Both the position numbers and the translations under genes were made by a program. From Pirellulales bacterium (lineage in GTDB: Bacteria; Planctomycetota; Planctomycetia; Pirellulales; UBA1268), in assembly GCA_028066355.1 (NCBI GenBank), contig JALCBP010000004.1, positions 1,083 to 65,082 on the forward strand: 64,000 nt of DNA. Direction: 5' to 3'. The notes under the pieces were generated by a model. It ran no database searches and had not been told where the DNA came from. It saw only the letters and a list, made by a program, of their open reading frames with translations. Shown here in pieces: positions 27,815 through 38,116 of the stretch; within the stretch, counting starts at the first letter, position 1; each line of letters starts with the position of its first letter.

Positions 27815-30067
27815 ATGGCCGGATCATTCAACTTCTTCCGGAAATATCAGAAATCGATGCTCGTGGCTGTAGCCGTCTTGGCGATGCTGGCTTTTTTTGT
27901 ATTACCTCCGTTTCTCCAGATGGGAGCGGGCTCGTCTTCGGCTGACCCAATTGTTGTGTCATGGAAGGGAGGAGGTGTTCGGGAAAACCAGCTCGAACGA
28001 GCAGTGGCTATGAGAACACTTGCAAACCGTTTCCTCATGCAGGCTGCTGCGGCAGCTGGTAGGGACCCGTCTCGACTACCCGCATTCCCCGAGGGAGAGG
28101 AATTGGTTGTCCGCGAGATGCTGCTTGCAAAAGAGGCTGAAAAAATTGGATTGACAGTCAGCAATACTGCGATCAACGAGTTTATAGCTGCTTGGACCAA
28201 TAATATGGTCCGACAAGATCAGCTCGATGGAATTATCGCTGGGCTCCGTTATGGTCGTACACCGGTCTTGGCAGGTGACCTCTTTGAATCATTACGTACG
28301 GCCCTGGTTGCAAGGAATACCCTGCTGCTATTCCAAACAGGCTTTTCTGGTGATCCTCCAGGTTGGCGGTGGGACTTTTATAAACGACTTGAACAGTCAG
28401 TGACGATAAAGGCTTTTCCAGTTGAGGTTGAGAACTTCGCGATGTCAGTTGAGGCACCAAGTGAATCGGAACTAAAGGCTTATTTTGAAAAATTCAAGGA
28501 TAACCTGCCGTCAGCAAGAAGTCCCGACCCTGGGTTCAAAGAGCCTCATCGAATTCGGTACGCATCACTGATGGCAGATCAAAAGAAGTTTGAAGATGAG
28601 GCAGGAAAGACGATAACAGAAAAAGATGTCGAAGATTTTTATGAGGAGAATAAGGAAGTTCGATTTCGTCAGTCACCCCCGGATCCTCCACCGTCCCAAG
28701 AGCCGCCTACAGATTCAAGTGATCAAAAAAGTGAATTGAAAGAGGAAAAAAGTAGTAACGGTAAAAATTTACCAGCTGAGAATCCTGACTCTCCAATTCA
28801 AGCAAAGCAAGACACAAAAGAAGAGATGTCGGAGGAAAATTCTGAGCAGAAGGATAAAGCAGGTAAGCCATCGGAATCAGATAGCAGTTCAGCAAAAGGT
28901 AAAACACGAGTGTTGCCAGTTGCTTTTCAGGCGAACGAAGACACGAGCGAGACAGATCCAACTCCCAAAGACAAAGATCAGCCACCTGATGAAAAACCTA
29001 TCACCGGAAATGCAATTCCGGATTCCGTTGAAGGACAGCCAGCGGGAAGCGACATGGCTGATAAAGAAAAAAATGAGTCAGCAGAGTCCTCTGAGCCAAA
29101 GATGACATTTCAGCCACTCGAAGATGTTGCTGAACAAATTCGGCAGGACATTGCCCGACAACGCGCTACCGAAACAATCGATACAATTTTTTCAGCAATT
29201 GCTGCAGATTTGAATGCGTACGCTGAGGATAGAGCTCTCTGGATTGCACGTGGAAAAGAGGGTGACAAAGAGCCAACTCCACCCGACGTAAATAAAATTG
29301 CTGAAAAGCAATCACTCGTTGCGGTGGAGTCAGATTGGGTGACTGTGAATGAAGCTAATGAGGGTGGGGGTATAGGAACGAGTTTTGACTTTGTGCCAGA
29401 TCCAACAAGTCGGTTCGGCATTCGCCAGCAGCGATGGCTTGAAACGATGTTTGCCGATGGGACGATAACCCTACGCCCTGTAACGTCGCGGGATGCTGAA
29501 GGAAACCGTTATTTCTCTTGGAAGCAAGATGATCAGGAAGAGCGAGTCCCCACCTTTACCGAGGCTCGTAGCAATGTTGAAAAGGCATGGAGAATTGTTG
29601 AGGCTCGTCCCCTTGCCTTAACGCAGGCGAAGAATCTTGCTGCAAAGGTTGATGAAAAAGGGTTTGCCGAAGCCGTGTCTAAGGATGAGTTAGAGGCAGT
29701 TCGGGAGATTGGCCCATTTACCTGGCTTACACAAGGTTCGGCAGGCGTGAATGCAGCTCCGGTACTATCATCACCAAAGGGCCTTGTACTGTCTGGTAAC
29801 GCCATGATGCAAAAGGTGTTCTCAACTGCTGAAGGGAAGAGTGCTGCTGTTTTTAATGAGCCAAGGACGATTTGTTACGTCATTCGTGTTCAGGCGTTTA
29901 ATCCAAAAGATGAGGAGTTGCAGTCTAGGTTCGAAAGCGTTCTCGGGGACCAGAGACGTTTGTCAATGGTTGCCCAATCAGCATTTGCTGAGATATTTAT
30001 GGATTGGATCGCTGGTCTGGAAAAAGACCTGGAACTTACCTGGAATCGTGAACCGCGGTTGCCTTAG
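27815..30067 (+). CDS. PpiD/SurA-N-like periplasmic chaperone-type protein with a large low-complexity insert
   Basis: The N-terminus FRKYQKSMLVAVAVLAMLAFFVLPP is a membrane anchor as in PpiD, and a SurA-N-like helical region follows. An acidic/Ser/Lys/Pro-rich insert lies at about 28670-29100. The assignment is by architecture only. Confidence 0.65.
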   Translation: MAGSFNFFRKYQKSMLVAVAVLAMLAFFVLPPFLQMGAGSSSADPIVVSWKGGGVRENQLERAVAMRTLANRFLMQAAAAAGRDPSRLPAFPEGEELVVREMLLAKEAEKIGLTVSNTAINEFIAAWTNNMVRQDQLDGIIAGLRYGRTPVLAGDLFESLRTALVARNTLLLFQTGFSGDPPGWRWDFYKRLEQSVTIKAFPVEVENFAMSVEAPSESELKAYFEKFKDNLPSARSPDPGFKEPHRIRYASLMADQKKFEDEAGKTITEKDVEDFYEENKEVRFRQSPPDPPPSQEPPTDSSDQKSELKEEKSSNGKNLPAENPDSPIQAKQDTKEEMSEENSEQKDKAGKPSESDSSSAKGKTRVLPVAFQANEDTSETDPTPKDKDQPPDEKPITGNAIPDSVEGQPAGSDMADKEKNESAESSEPKMTFQPLEDVAEQIRQDIARQRATETIDTIFSAIAADLNAYAEDRALWIARGKEGDKEPTPPDVNKIAEKQSLVAVESDWVTVNEANEGGGIGTSFDFVPDPTSRFGIRQQRWLETMFADGTITLRPVTSRDAEGNRYFSWKQDDQEERVPTFTEARSNVEKAWRIVEARPLALTQAKNLAAKVDEKGFAEAVSKDELEAVREIGPFTWLTQGSAGVNAAPVLSSPKGLVLSGNAMMQKVFSTAEGKSAAVFNEPRTICYVIRVQAFNPKDEELQSRFESVLGDQRRLSMVAQSAFAEIFMDWIAGLEKDLELTWNREPRLP

Positions 30068-30152
30068 TGGGCGGTCAAGAACGTTCGTTATCGATGTTGG
30101 TTAGTTCTAAGGGATGCTGTTTGCGACTCAAGTGCCTACAGTAAATCGTTTT

Positions 30153-32048
30153 CTATGAATTTCTGGCACCGAAGGGTTTCAGAGCGATCGCTGCGAGTGG
30201 AGGAACTGTAAGAGTGACAGAGTGGTCACTCCCATGGTGGGTAATCGTTTCACACGTTAACTTGCCGTCGTTGAGGACATTACTACCTCCGAACTGACCA
30301 GCATCGCTGTTGAAAATTTCTATGTAATGATCAGCAGCAGGTACACCGATTCGATAGTTCTCACGGGGAACTGGTGTGAAATTGCAAACAATAACCAGTA
30401 CGTCTTTTGGGGAGACACCCTTTCTTAAGAAAGTGATAATACTTTCTTGCCAATTCTGGCAGTCGATCCATTCGAATCCTTGTCCATCAAAATCAATTTG
30501 ATGTAGTGGCGTCTCTTCTCGTAGTAATCTGTTGAGTTCTATAAGGGTCTGCGAGAGTCCTCGATGGCCGTCCTCTCGAAGCAGATGCCACGGGAGGCTT
30601 TCGTCGAAATTCCATTCTTGTGGTTGGCCGAATTCACTTCCCATAAACAGGAGTTTTTTTCCGGGGTGGAACCACATGAAAGAATAGAGCAACCGTAGAT
30701 TAGCAAATTGTTGCCACTTGTCGCCAGGCATTTGGCTAAGCAAGGATCCTTTTCCGTGAACAACTTCGTCATGTGAAAGTGGAAGGACAAAGTTTTCATG
30801 AAATGCATAAATCAAGCTGAAGGTCAGTTCATCATGGTGAAACTTTCTGTGAACTGGGTCCTGCTTCATGAATCGCAGTATGTCGTTCATCCAGCCCATA
30901 TTCCATTTGAGGCTAAATCCAAGTCCACCAGTGTGAGTCGGTCGTGAGACACCTGGCCAGGCTGTGGATTCCTCAGCGATTGTCAGTGTTCCTGGGAAAT
31001 GGTGATGAATCTGTACATTTAATTCCTTTAAGAATTTGATTGCTTCAAGATTTTCACGGCCACCAAAGCAGTTTGGCAACCATTCTCCTTCGCGGCGGCT
31101 ATAGTCGAGATAAAGCATTGAGGCGACTGCATCAACCCGCAGTCCGTCAACATGGTAGTGGTCTAGCCAGAACAGAGCCGACGAGATGAGGTAATTAGCT
31201 ACTTCGTTGCGACCATAGTTAAAAATCAGTGTTCCCCAGTCTGGATGTTCCCCCTTACGTGGATCTTCATGTTCATAGAGAGCCGTTCCATCGAAGCGGC
31301 GGAGGCCGTGGTCATCTTTTGGAAAATGCGCAGGGACCCAATCGATAATAACTCCGATGCCAGCTTGATGGCAGCTGTCTATGAGTGACATGAAATCTTG
31401 CGGCGTTCCGAAGCGACTGGTTGCAGCAAATAAGCCAATCGTTTGGTAGCCCCAGCTTGCAGAGAGTGGGTGTTCTGTGGGTGGTAGAAATTCCAGATGA
31501 GTAAATCCCATTTCAAGGCAGTAAGGAATAAGTTCTCTCTCGAGGTCACGGTACGTAAGCCAGCGATGAGAGTCATCTCCTGGCCGTTTCCAACTTCCAA
31601 GATGAACTTCATAAAAAGAGATCGGCTCACTAAACCAATCCCGCCGCAGCCTTTGCTCCATCCATTGTGAATCCTTCCATCTGTATTCACTTAAATCAGT
31701 GATGATAGAAGCATTTTTTGGTGGTACCTCGGCTGAGTATCCATAGGGATCGGCGCGGTCAATAGTTCCCTCGACTGTTTGAACACGGAACTTATATGCA
31801 GTATTGACCCTTATATCAGGAACAAAGAGTTGCCAGAAGCCAGACGGCACTGATTTGTTCATCATATGATTTTGGCCAGTCCAGTTGTTGAAGTCACCAA
31901 CAACACTAACCATCTCGGCATTAGGTGCCCACAGAGCAAAGTGAACACCCTGCTGTCCATCACGCGAACAAACTTGGGCCCCCAGTTTGTCATAGCTCTT
32001 CCAGTGTCTGCCTTCGCCCAGGAGGTGTAAATCGTAATCAGTTAGCAT
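30153..32048 (-). CDS. glgB: 1,4-alpha-glucan branching enzyme
   Basis: 631 aa with GVIIDWVPAHFPKD, GLRVDAVASMLYLDY, TIAEESTAWPGVS and LPLSHDEVVHGKGSL. Confidence 0.95.
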   Translation of the reverse strand: MLTDYDLHLLGEGRHWKSYDKLGAQVCSRDGQQGVHFALWAPNAEMVSVVGDFNNWTGQNHMMNKSVPSGFWQLFVPDIRVNTAYKFRVQTVEGTIDRADPYGYSAEVPPKNASIITDLSEYRWKDSQWMEQRLRRDWFSEPISFYEVHLGSWKRPGDDSHRWLTYRDLERELIPYCLEMGFTHLEFLPPTEHPLSASWGYQTIGLFAATSRFGTPQDFMSLIDSCHQAGIGVIIDWVPAHFPKDDHGLRRFDGTALYEHEDPRKGEHPDWGTLIFNYGRNEVANYLISSALFWLDHYHVDGLRVDAVASMLYLDYSRREGEWLPNCFGGRENLEAIKFLKELNVQIHHHFPGTLTIAEESTAWPGVSRPTHTGGLGFSLKWNMGWMNDILRFMKQDPVHRKFHHDELTFSLIYAFHENFVLPLSHDEVVHGKGSLLSQMPGDKWQQFANLRLLYSFMWFHPGKKLLFMGSEFGQPQEWNFDESLPWHLLREDGHRGLSQTLIELNRLLREETPLHQIDFDGQGFEWIDCQNWQESIITFLRKGVSPKDVLVIVCNFTPVPRENYRIGVPAADHYIEIFNSDAGQFGGSNVLNDGKLTCETITHHGSDHSVTLTVPPLAAIALKPFGARNS

Positions 32049-32280
32049 TTGTTTACGCAGTGAAGTGGAGTTTCGTGGAGATGTTGAGCAACTCGCATAT
32101 AGACAACAATAATTCGGATCGTCACAAGTGCTGGTGTTTAATCAAAGGTCACATGTAATCGTACCGCTGAATGACCCGGCATGCCGTCAGTGGCAATAGT
32201 TTCGGGGCAGGTTGTTCCGCCTGGAGCGACAGTTCCACTTAAAATGAGACACTTGAAGTATATTTTGTGCCCCCTGGTAA

Positions 32281-32318
32281 ATATAAAAGGCCCGCCGACT
32301 CAAGGTCTGTCGGCGGGC
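32281..32318 (-). terminator. Rho-independent terminator downstream of the amidotransferase gene
   Basis: A perfect 10-bp GC-rich stem, GCCCGCCGAC (32290-32299) with GTCGGCGGGC (32309-32318), and a 9-nt loop. It is followed on the minus strand by CTTTTATATTT and lies 47 nt past the stop at 32365. Confidence 0.65.
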
Positions 32319-32364
32319 TGTATGAATTTAATAGTAATCTTGGTGTTGGGTGCGTACTCTAGGA

Positions 32365-33177
32365 TTAGGCGACAAGACGCATTGCCGGTACTTCACCGGT
32401 AATACCAACAACAAACTCCTCGAAGATCTTTGCATCGAGAGCCGATGCCGAGTCTGCTTCCGGGTGAAACTGGGTGCCAATGGCAAGCCATCCCTCAACT
32501 TCGCTTTCGATGGCCTCAATCACTCCGTCTGGAGATCTCGCTGTGACACGGAATCCCGAAGCAAGATCGTCGATGGCCATATGGTGCATGCTGTTGACAC
32601 GTATTTCACCATCCCCGTAGACACGCTCCATTGCGGAATCAGATTCTACGAGAAGTCCATGACGGTGACCGGTATCAATTGGATCTTTGTGTGGGATGGC
32701 TTGCGGTAGATCTTCAGGAAGATGCAGATACAGGGTGCCACCTTCAGTAACATTAAGAAGTTGCATTCCACAGCCGATGGCCAGTACAGGCAAGTGTCGG
32801 GCACAGACGTGCTTCGCTAACATTCGGTCAAAATCTTCTCGCCTTTGATCCATGGGACGTACTGCTGGGTGTGGCATGTAGCCATCTCGTTGGGGGTCAA
32901 GATCGGCCCCTCCTATAAGAACGACGCCGTCAAGCGTGTCGAGTAATCTTACGAGGTCGTCCTCTTCGTCGAGTGGCGGCAAGATGAGAGGTATGCCTCC
33001 AGACTGAATAATATTTTCGTAATAGCCTGCCGCTATGAATGAGAGTGAAGCATGCTCCTTGCAGCTGGAGCGAAAATCCATATTAATTCCGATTACCGGT
33101 TTGGCTGCCATGAAAGTTCCTTCTTCGAGCAACACTGTGGCAAGTTCGTGCCACTCATCCTTGAGCAGCAATTTCAA
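32365..33177 (-). CDS. Gamma-glutamyl-gamma-aminobutyrate hydrolase family protein (peptidase C26, class I glutamine amidotransferase)
   Basis: GGIPLILPP, GVVLIGGADLDP, the nucleophile context LAIGCGMQLLNV and GTQFHPE. The start is probably the ATG at 33111 (MAAKPVIGINMDF). Confidence 0.88.
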   Translation of the reverse strand: MKLLLKDEWHELATVLLEEGTFMAAKPVIGINMDFRSSCKEHASLSFIAAGYYENIIQSGGIPLILPPLDEEDDLVRLLDTLDGVVLIGGADLDPQRDGYMPHPAVRPMDQRREDFDRMLAKHVCARHLPVLAIGCGMQLLNVTEGGTLYLHLPEDLPQAIPHKDPIDTGHRHGLLVESDSAMERVYGDGEIRVNSMHHMAIDDLASGFRVTARSPDGVIEAIESEVEGWLAIGTQFHPEADSASALDAKIFEEFVVGITGEVPAMRLVA

Positions 33178-33353
33178 ACATTGCGGACGTGAAGATAGCG
33201 CTCAAAAAAAACAAGACAAGCATTTTTTCGATTTTGTGGTTGGCAGTGGACCCAACCACAAGATGATGTGCTATCACTTTATCTGCTAGCACATTGTCTC
33301 GTCCGGCACGGGATTTGCGCAACGAGCACAAAAACGGTTATTAACCATGTAGC

Positions 33354-34244
33354 TCAAGCAGATAACCACACCGCATCAGGAAAACTCCTGAACCACGTTC
33401 GCTGACGCTTGGCTAGTTGACGCGTACGCTGTTGCGTTTTCAGGACCGCTTCCTTTTTTGTCATTTCACCGCGGATATACGCAAGAGATTCTTTATAGCC
33501 GGCCGCTTGTGCGGCTACTTTACCGATACCGGTTTTCTGTTCGGCAGCTTCGGTTTCCTCAAGAATGCCAGACTCAAACATCAATTCAACTCTCTCATTG
33601 ATTCGGCTGTTGATGATTTTTCGTGGATGATCGATGACGAGTATCGGGCATGGGAAAAGTTGCTTCTCTAGATTAACTGCAGAGGTCCATGAACGCTTGT
33701 GATTGACACCTGACAACTTAATAATTTCGAGGGCCCTTATGATCCGTTTCGTGTCATTCGGGTGAATGGAAGCGGCTATGTCAGGACGGAGTGATTTGAG
33801 TTTCTCGTAAACAATTTTGGACCCGTTGCATTTTATCTGGTTCGCCAGACTATTTCGTAGTTCAACGTCAATTGGGGGGGATTCATCGAGGCCATCTCGA
33901 AGACATCGGAGGTAGAGTGGAGTGCCACCAACGAAGAGAATGCGGCGACCACGATCGCGGCAGTCCTCCATCACGCGAGCCGCTGCCAGAAGCCAATCTG
34001 ATACGGTAAACGGAGTTGAAGGATCTACGAGATCAAGTAAATGGTGCATCACTTGGGTTTGCTCTTTCATCGTTGGTTTAGCTGCACCGATGTCAAAGCC
34101 TTTATAGACGGCGACTGAATCAGTACTAATAATCTCAGCATTCAGTCGCTGCGCGATACGAATGCCCAATGCAGTCTTGCCGGATGCGGTTGGGCCTGTG
34201 AGGATTATGCAATCACTTGCTAATTCAGGCATTGATGCTGCCAT
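33354..34244 (-). CDS. miaA: tRNA dimethylallyltransferase
   Basis: IILTGPTASGKTALGIRIAQRLNAEIISTDSVAVYKGFDIGAAKPT, FVGGTPLYL and QRTRQLAKRQRTWFR. Confidence 0.95.
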   Translation of the reverse strand: MAASMPELASDCIILTGPTASGKTALGIRIAQRLNAEIISTDSVAVYKGFDIGAAKPTMKEQTQVMHHLLDLVDPSTPFTVSDWLLAAARVMEDCRDRGRRILFVGGTPLYLRCLRDGLDESPPIDVELRNSLANQIKCNGSKIVYEKLKSLRPDIAASIHPNDTKRIIRALEIIKLSGVNHKRSWTSAVNLEKQLFPCPILVIDHPRKIINSRINERVELMFESGILEETEAAEQKTGIGKVAAQAAGYKESLAYIRGEMTKKEAVLKTQQRTRQLAKRQRTWFRSFPDAVWLSA

Positions 34245-34331
34245 TTGATCTTTGGTGTCGTAAGTCGTTGTCGCGTGGTAGAGTTACTTCATTAGTATGA
34301 GGTAAAAATCTCTTTTGGAGAAGCAGGAGCA

Positions 34332-34694
34332 ATGAAATCAAAAAGCCTGAAGCGAGCATCAGAAGAATCTGTTGGAACGGTTCTCGGGCAACTTGAGGAT
34401 ATCATTGCCAGCCGAAAAACAGCAGATACAGATCGATCGTATACCAGTAAACTTTTTGCTGGGGGTGTAGCAAAAATCGGTTCAAAGATTACTGAAGAAG
34501 CCGGTGAGTTGGTGGAAGCTGCAGCCAATGAGTCGGATGAAAGAGTTGTTTCAGAAGCAGCAGACTTGTTCTACCACGCTATTGTACTGTTGGCTCATCG
34601 GGATCTAACACTCAGTCAAGTAGAAACCACACTTGCCGGCCGTTTCGGTGTGTCGGGTCTGGAAGAGAAAGCGTCTAGAAAACAGTCATTGTAA
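34332..34694 (+). CDS. hisE: Phosphoribosyl-ATP pyrophosphatase
   Basis: SYTSKLFAGGVAKIGSKITEEAGELVEAA...EAADLFYHAIVLLAHRDL is the typical HisE pattern. Confidence 0.9.
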   Translation: MKSKSLKRASEESVGTVLGQLEDIIASRKTADTDRSYTSKLFAGGVAKIGSKITEEAGELVEAAANESDERVVSEAADLFYHAIVLLAHRDLTLSQVETTLAGRFGVSGLEEKASRKQSL

Positions 34695-34732
34695 AGTTAC
34701 GGATTTAATCAAGGTAAACGCTAGTAGAGACA

Positions 34733-35611
34733 ATGAAAAAATTGCAAATAGAGGTAGAGGAACGGATGTTGCGTATAGGGATTCCGAGTAAGGGACGGTT
34801 GTCAGAAGTAGTCGCCAACTTGCTTCATGATGCAGGCCTTTCGTTTCGACGAATTTCTCGTTCGTTGTTTGCACGATGCCGTGATGTGCCAGTTGAGATT
34901 GTTTTCCTGCGAACCGATGATATTCCAATCCTTACAGCAGAGGGTGCAATCGATCTCGGTATCACTGGTGCCGATCTTGTTGCTGAGGGACGGGTTGATC
35001 TTATTGAGAGGTTATCACTTGGTGTTGGTGGCTGTAGGTTGGCGTTATGTGTACCCGATGATGCAGAGATTACCTCACCAGAGAGCTTGCAGGGGCGAAG
35101 AGTTGCCACGAGTTTCCCAAAAATAACTCAGGATTGGTTAGCTCAGCATGGCGTTGAAGTTCATTTGGTTGAGCTTTCAGGTAGTGTTGAGATAATGGTG
35201 TCTTTGGGTGTAGCCGATGCAGTTGTTGATCTCGTTGAGACGGGGAGTACCCTTGCGGCAAATCGCCTTAGAGTACTTGAAGAGATAGGTTGTTACGAAA
35301 CGGTACTTGTTCAAAACAAAAGTATTACCGATACCAATATGGCTGACCGTATTGTTCGCCGTCTGCAAGGGGTTGTCATAGCCCGAACATGGACATTATT
35401 GGAATATAATGTTCCACGCAATCGGCTGGCTGAGGCTGAGAATATTACTCCGGGATTCAATTCACCTACTGTAAGCGCACTCGAAGACGATAGTTGGTGC
35501 TCTGTTCGAGCGATGGTGCGGCGAAATGAGACCCACAAAATTATGGAACGTCTTGAATCGATAGGTGCTTCCGCCATTATTGAAACGGATATATCAAACT
35601 GCAGGCTTTAA
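34733..35611 (+). CDS. hisG: ATP phosphoribosyltransferase (long form)
   Basis: LRIGIPSKGRLSE, DIPILTAEGAIDLGITGADLV, VDLVETGSTLAANRL and the C-terminal regulatory domain. 292 aa. Confidence 0.93.
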   Translation: MKKLQIEVEERMLRIGIPSKGRLSEVVANLLHDAGLSFRRISRSLFARCRDVPVEIVFLRTDDIPILTAEGAIDLGITGADLVAEGRVDLIERLSLGVGGCRLALCVPDDAEITSPESLQGRRVATSFPKITQDWLAQHGVEVHLVELSGSVEIMVSLGVADAVVDLVETGSTLAANRLRVLEEIGCYETVLVQNKSITDTNMADRIVRRLQGVVIARTWTLLEYNVPRNRLAEAENITPGFNSPTVSALEDDSWCSVRAMVRRNETHKIMERLESIGASAIIETDISNCRL

Positions 35612-35631
35612 TTAGCTATCAATCGGTGTTT

Positions 35632-36948
35632 TTATCTTATTGGTTGACCACCTCGGAACGTAGAGACCACTTCTGTTGTTGATTCAAATATCGCAGCGGC
35701 TGCTTTAACCAAAGTCTTTGGTGTGCCAGTTGGTTTAAGGATTACGAAGTCAGCAGGTCGTCCGCTGGCAATAAGTCCTGTGCGGTCTTCGAAACCGAGT
35801 GCCCACGCTCCATTGGCCGTAATCATGGCCAGTGCTTCTTGAGGTGTTGCCAGACCAGCGTCGATTAGGCACGCTGCTTCTGCACGAATAGAGAGATCAG
35901 GGTTTGAACCGCGTCCATCAGTGCCAAGACAAATTCGGACCCCAGACTTTTTTAATTCTTGGAGAGGGGGAAGGCTGCCAGATAATGCACGTGTCGTGCG
36001 AGGGCAAATAACGAGGGCAAGAGTGTGTCGATGGCATTTGAGTCGGGCCATTGCTTGCGGGTTGTCGGCCAGATACGTTCCGTGAATGATGAGGCCGCGA
36101 CCACTCTTCGCTAATAAAGATATCCAGTCCGCAGTTGTAGCTAACTTTGGGGTAGCTTCAGGCCAAATGTCGAGTTCATTGAAAAGCTCCCGGAAAGGTC
36201 CTGTTTGTTTAATGAGGAACTCTTCCTCAAACTTCGATTCGGCTAAATGCATGGCGAGAGGCGTTACGCATGTGTTGTGTCTCGCTCTTCTTCGGAAGCA
36301 ATCGAGATTACATTTTGCTGCCGCTAATGCTGCCCGACCAATATGCCATTGGGTAGAGTAAGGTGCATGAGGTGATAGCCCGACAGCAACATTAGCACGT
36401 GATAATCTTTGAAGACTACGTAAGTTGGACACTACCCGTGATGGAAGTGAGTTTGCGGTCGACTGATTCAGTCCAAGAACTTCTTGAAAGACACGGAGGC
36501 GAAGCCGGCCTGATATTTCGTTGTAAGCGATATCGCTAGTTGCAATTTCACCAAGAGCCACCACTCCGCATGCAGCGGATTCATTAATTCCGGACACGAT
36601 GGCGTCAGTAATTTTTTTATGGGCAGTCGTTGAGGGCGTGTATTGACTACGCTTCCAAGAAACGACCTCACGTATCCATTCGTGAAGTCCGCCCGTGGTA
36701 TCAAACGGTTTTTGGCATGAAGAAAACTCAAGGTGGGAATGAGCATTAATAAAACCAGGCGTAATAATGGTATTGCCTTGATCGATTACCTCGATGCCTG
36801 TGTCTTTACGTGGAGGCCAAACTCCGAAGCCTGTCACAGCGCCTCTTTCAACACGAATCCATGCATTTTCCAAAGGACGGCAGGAAACAGGAAATAGCCA
36901 TTTCGATCGAACTAAAAACGACCGATGCTTCTGACCGGTATTCAGCAT
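35632..36948 (-). CDS. Amidohydrolase-superfamily deaminase (candidate aminodeoxyfutalosine deaminase)
   Basis: The HxH metal motif (FINAHSHLEFS), a later HLAES and the GTDG...NPD pattern. It is encoded 16 nt downstream of the MqnE-like gene. The family is confident; the specific substrate is inferred from context. Confidence 0.8.
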   Translation of the reverse strand: MLNTGQKHRSFLVRSKWLFPVSCRPLENAWIRVERGAVTGFGVWPPRKDTGIEVIDQGNTIITPGFINAHSHLEFSSCQKPFDTTGGLHEWIREVVSWKRSQYTPSTTAHKKITDAIVSGINESAACGVVALGEIATSDIAYNEISGRLRLRVFQEVLGLNQSTANSLPSRVVSNLRSLQRLSRANVAVGLSPHAPYSTQWHIGRAALAAAKCNLDCFRRRARHNTCVTPLAMHLAESKFEEEFLIKQTGPFRELFNELDIWPEATPKLATTADWISLLAKSGRGLIIHGTYLADNPQAMARLKCHRHTLALVICPRTTRALSGSLPPLQELKKSGVRICLGTDGRGSNPDLSIRAEAACLIDAGLATPQEALAMITANGAWALGFEDRTGLIASGRPADFVILKPTGTPKTLVKAAAAIFESTTEVVSTFRGGQPIR

Positions 36949-36964
36949 GCAAGTTGACCTTGAG

Positions 36965-38116
36965 TTACGTTGCTGAAGTCAGGAGAGGCAGTTCGACGTT
37001 CGCTGGTGACTGAGACCGTGTTTCCAATAATTGGTCGTGTGTGCCATCTACAATTTCATAGAAGACATTGCGGCGTCTCGGTTCCCAGCCAAGCTCTGAT
37101 ATTGCAGAACGCATCTGGTCTAGGGTGAGGTGGTGTACTGTTCCCGCAGCGCTGACTACATTTTCTTCCAACATCAGGCTGCCCATATCGTTCGCACCAA
37201 ACAAAAGTGCAAGTTGACCAATGTCTCTTCCCTGGGTGACCCAACTCGATTGGATGTTGGGAATGTTGTCCAAGTAGAGCCGAGCAACCGCTTGAGTTTT
37301 CAAGTATTCGAAAGCACCCGAGGGAGGAATATGAGACATCTCGGTGTTGTCCGGTTGGAATGACCAGCAAATAAAAGCAGTAAATCCACCTGTCTCATCT
37401 TGTAGTTCTCGCAATCGCTCTAGATGCTCTATTCTTTCGGCTAATGTTTCAATGTGTCCAAACATCATTGTTGCGGTGCTTCGCCCACCAAGACTGTGCC
37501 ATTGCCGATGAACATCCAGCCAGTCATCCGTCATAACTTTGCCACGAGTCATGGCTGCTCTCACTCGGTCTACGAGTATTTCACCGCCTCCACCCGGAAG
37601 CGATCCAAGTCCCGCTGCAGCCAGTCTTTCAAGAATTTCTAGGAGGGGTAGTTTAGTTACTTTTGTAAGATGAAAGATTTCTGGAGGAGAAAATCCATGG
37701 ACATTCACCTGAGGAAACTGAAGCTTAATATCTCGAAGGAGTTCCTCGTACCATTCAAGCTGGAGCGTGGGGTGCATGCCTCCTTGTAGCAGTATCTGAT
37801 CCCCTCCGATAGCAACAGTCTCCTCAATTTTCTTGAGCAGGATCTTTCTGTCGAGTACATATCCTTCCGGATCTTTCGGGCCACGGTAAAAAGCACAGAA
37901 ATCACATACGGCGGTACAAATATTTGTGTAGTTAATATTCCGGTCGATGTTGTACGTTCGGTATGCCTCTGGATGAAGCTTTGTGGTCACAGCATTTGCT
38001 GCTTGGCCAATTGAAGCCAAAGCGTTGGACTCAAGAAGTTTAATCGCATCACCGCTGTTCAACCGCTGGCCTTCGGTAACCGAATCAAGTATTTTCTGAA
38101 TTTCTTTTTCAATCAC
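36965..38116 (-). CDS. mqnE: Radical SAM menaquinone (futalosine pathway) enzyme, MqnE-type (aminofutalosine synthase) or MqnC paralogue
   Basis: CTAVCDFCAFYR is CX3CX2C, and GGMHP..., WHSLGGRSTATMMFGHIE and NDMGSLMLEENVV are present. The GTG start overlaps the mqnA stop (GTGA). I cannot separate MqnE from MqnC by eye, and adjacency to mqnA favours MqnE. Confidence 0.8.
   Translation of the reverse strand: MIEKEIQKILDSVTEGQRLNSGDAIKLLESNALASIGQAANAVTTKLHPEAYRTYNIDRNINYTNICTAVCDFCAFYRGPKDPEGYVLDRKILLKKIEETVAIGGDQILLQGGMHPTLQLEWYEELLRDIKLQFPQVNVHGFSPPEIFHLTKVTKLPLLEILERLAAAGLGSLPGGGGEILVDRVRAAMTRGKVMTDDWLDVHRQWHSLGGRSTATMMFGHIETLAERIEHLERLRELQDETGGFTAFICWSFQPDNTEMSHIPPSGAFEYLKTQAVARLYLDNIPNIQSSWVTQGRDIGQLALLFGANDMGSLMLEENVVSAAGTVHHLTLDQMRSAISELGWEPRRRNVFYEIVDGTHDQLLETRSQSPANVELPLLTSAT

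Noticed and set aside
33236-33259. An 8-bp hairpin (GTGGTTGG/CCAACCAC) downstream of miaA as a terminator.
   Set aside because: No U-tract follows it on the minus strand (AAAATCGAAAAAA instead), and no plus-strand gene ends nearby. It is not a convincing intrinsic terminator.
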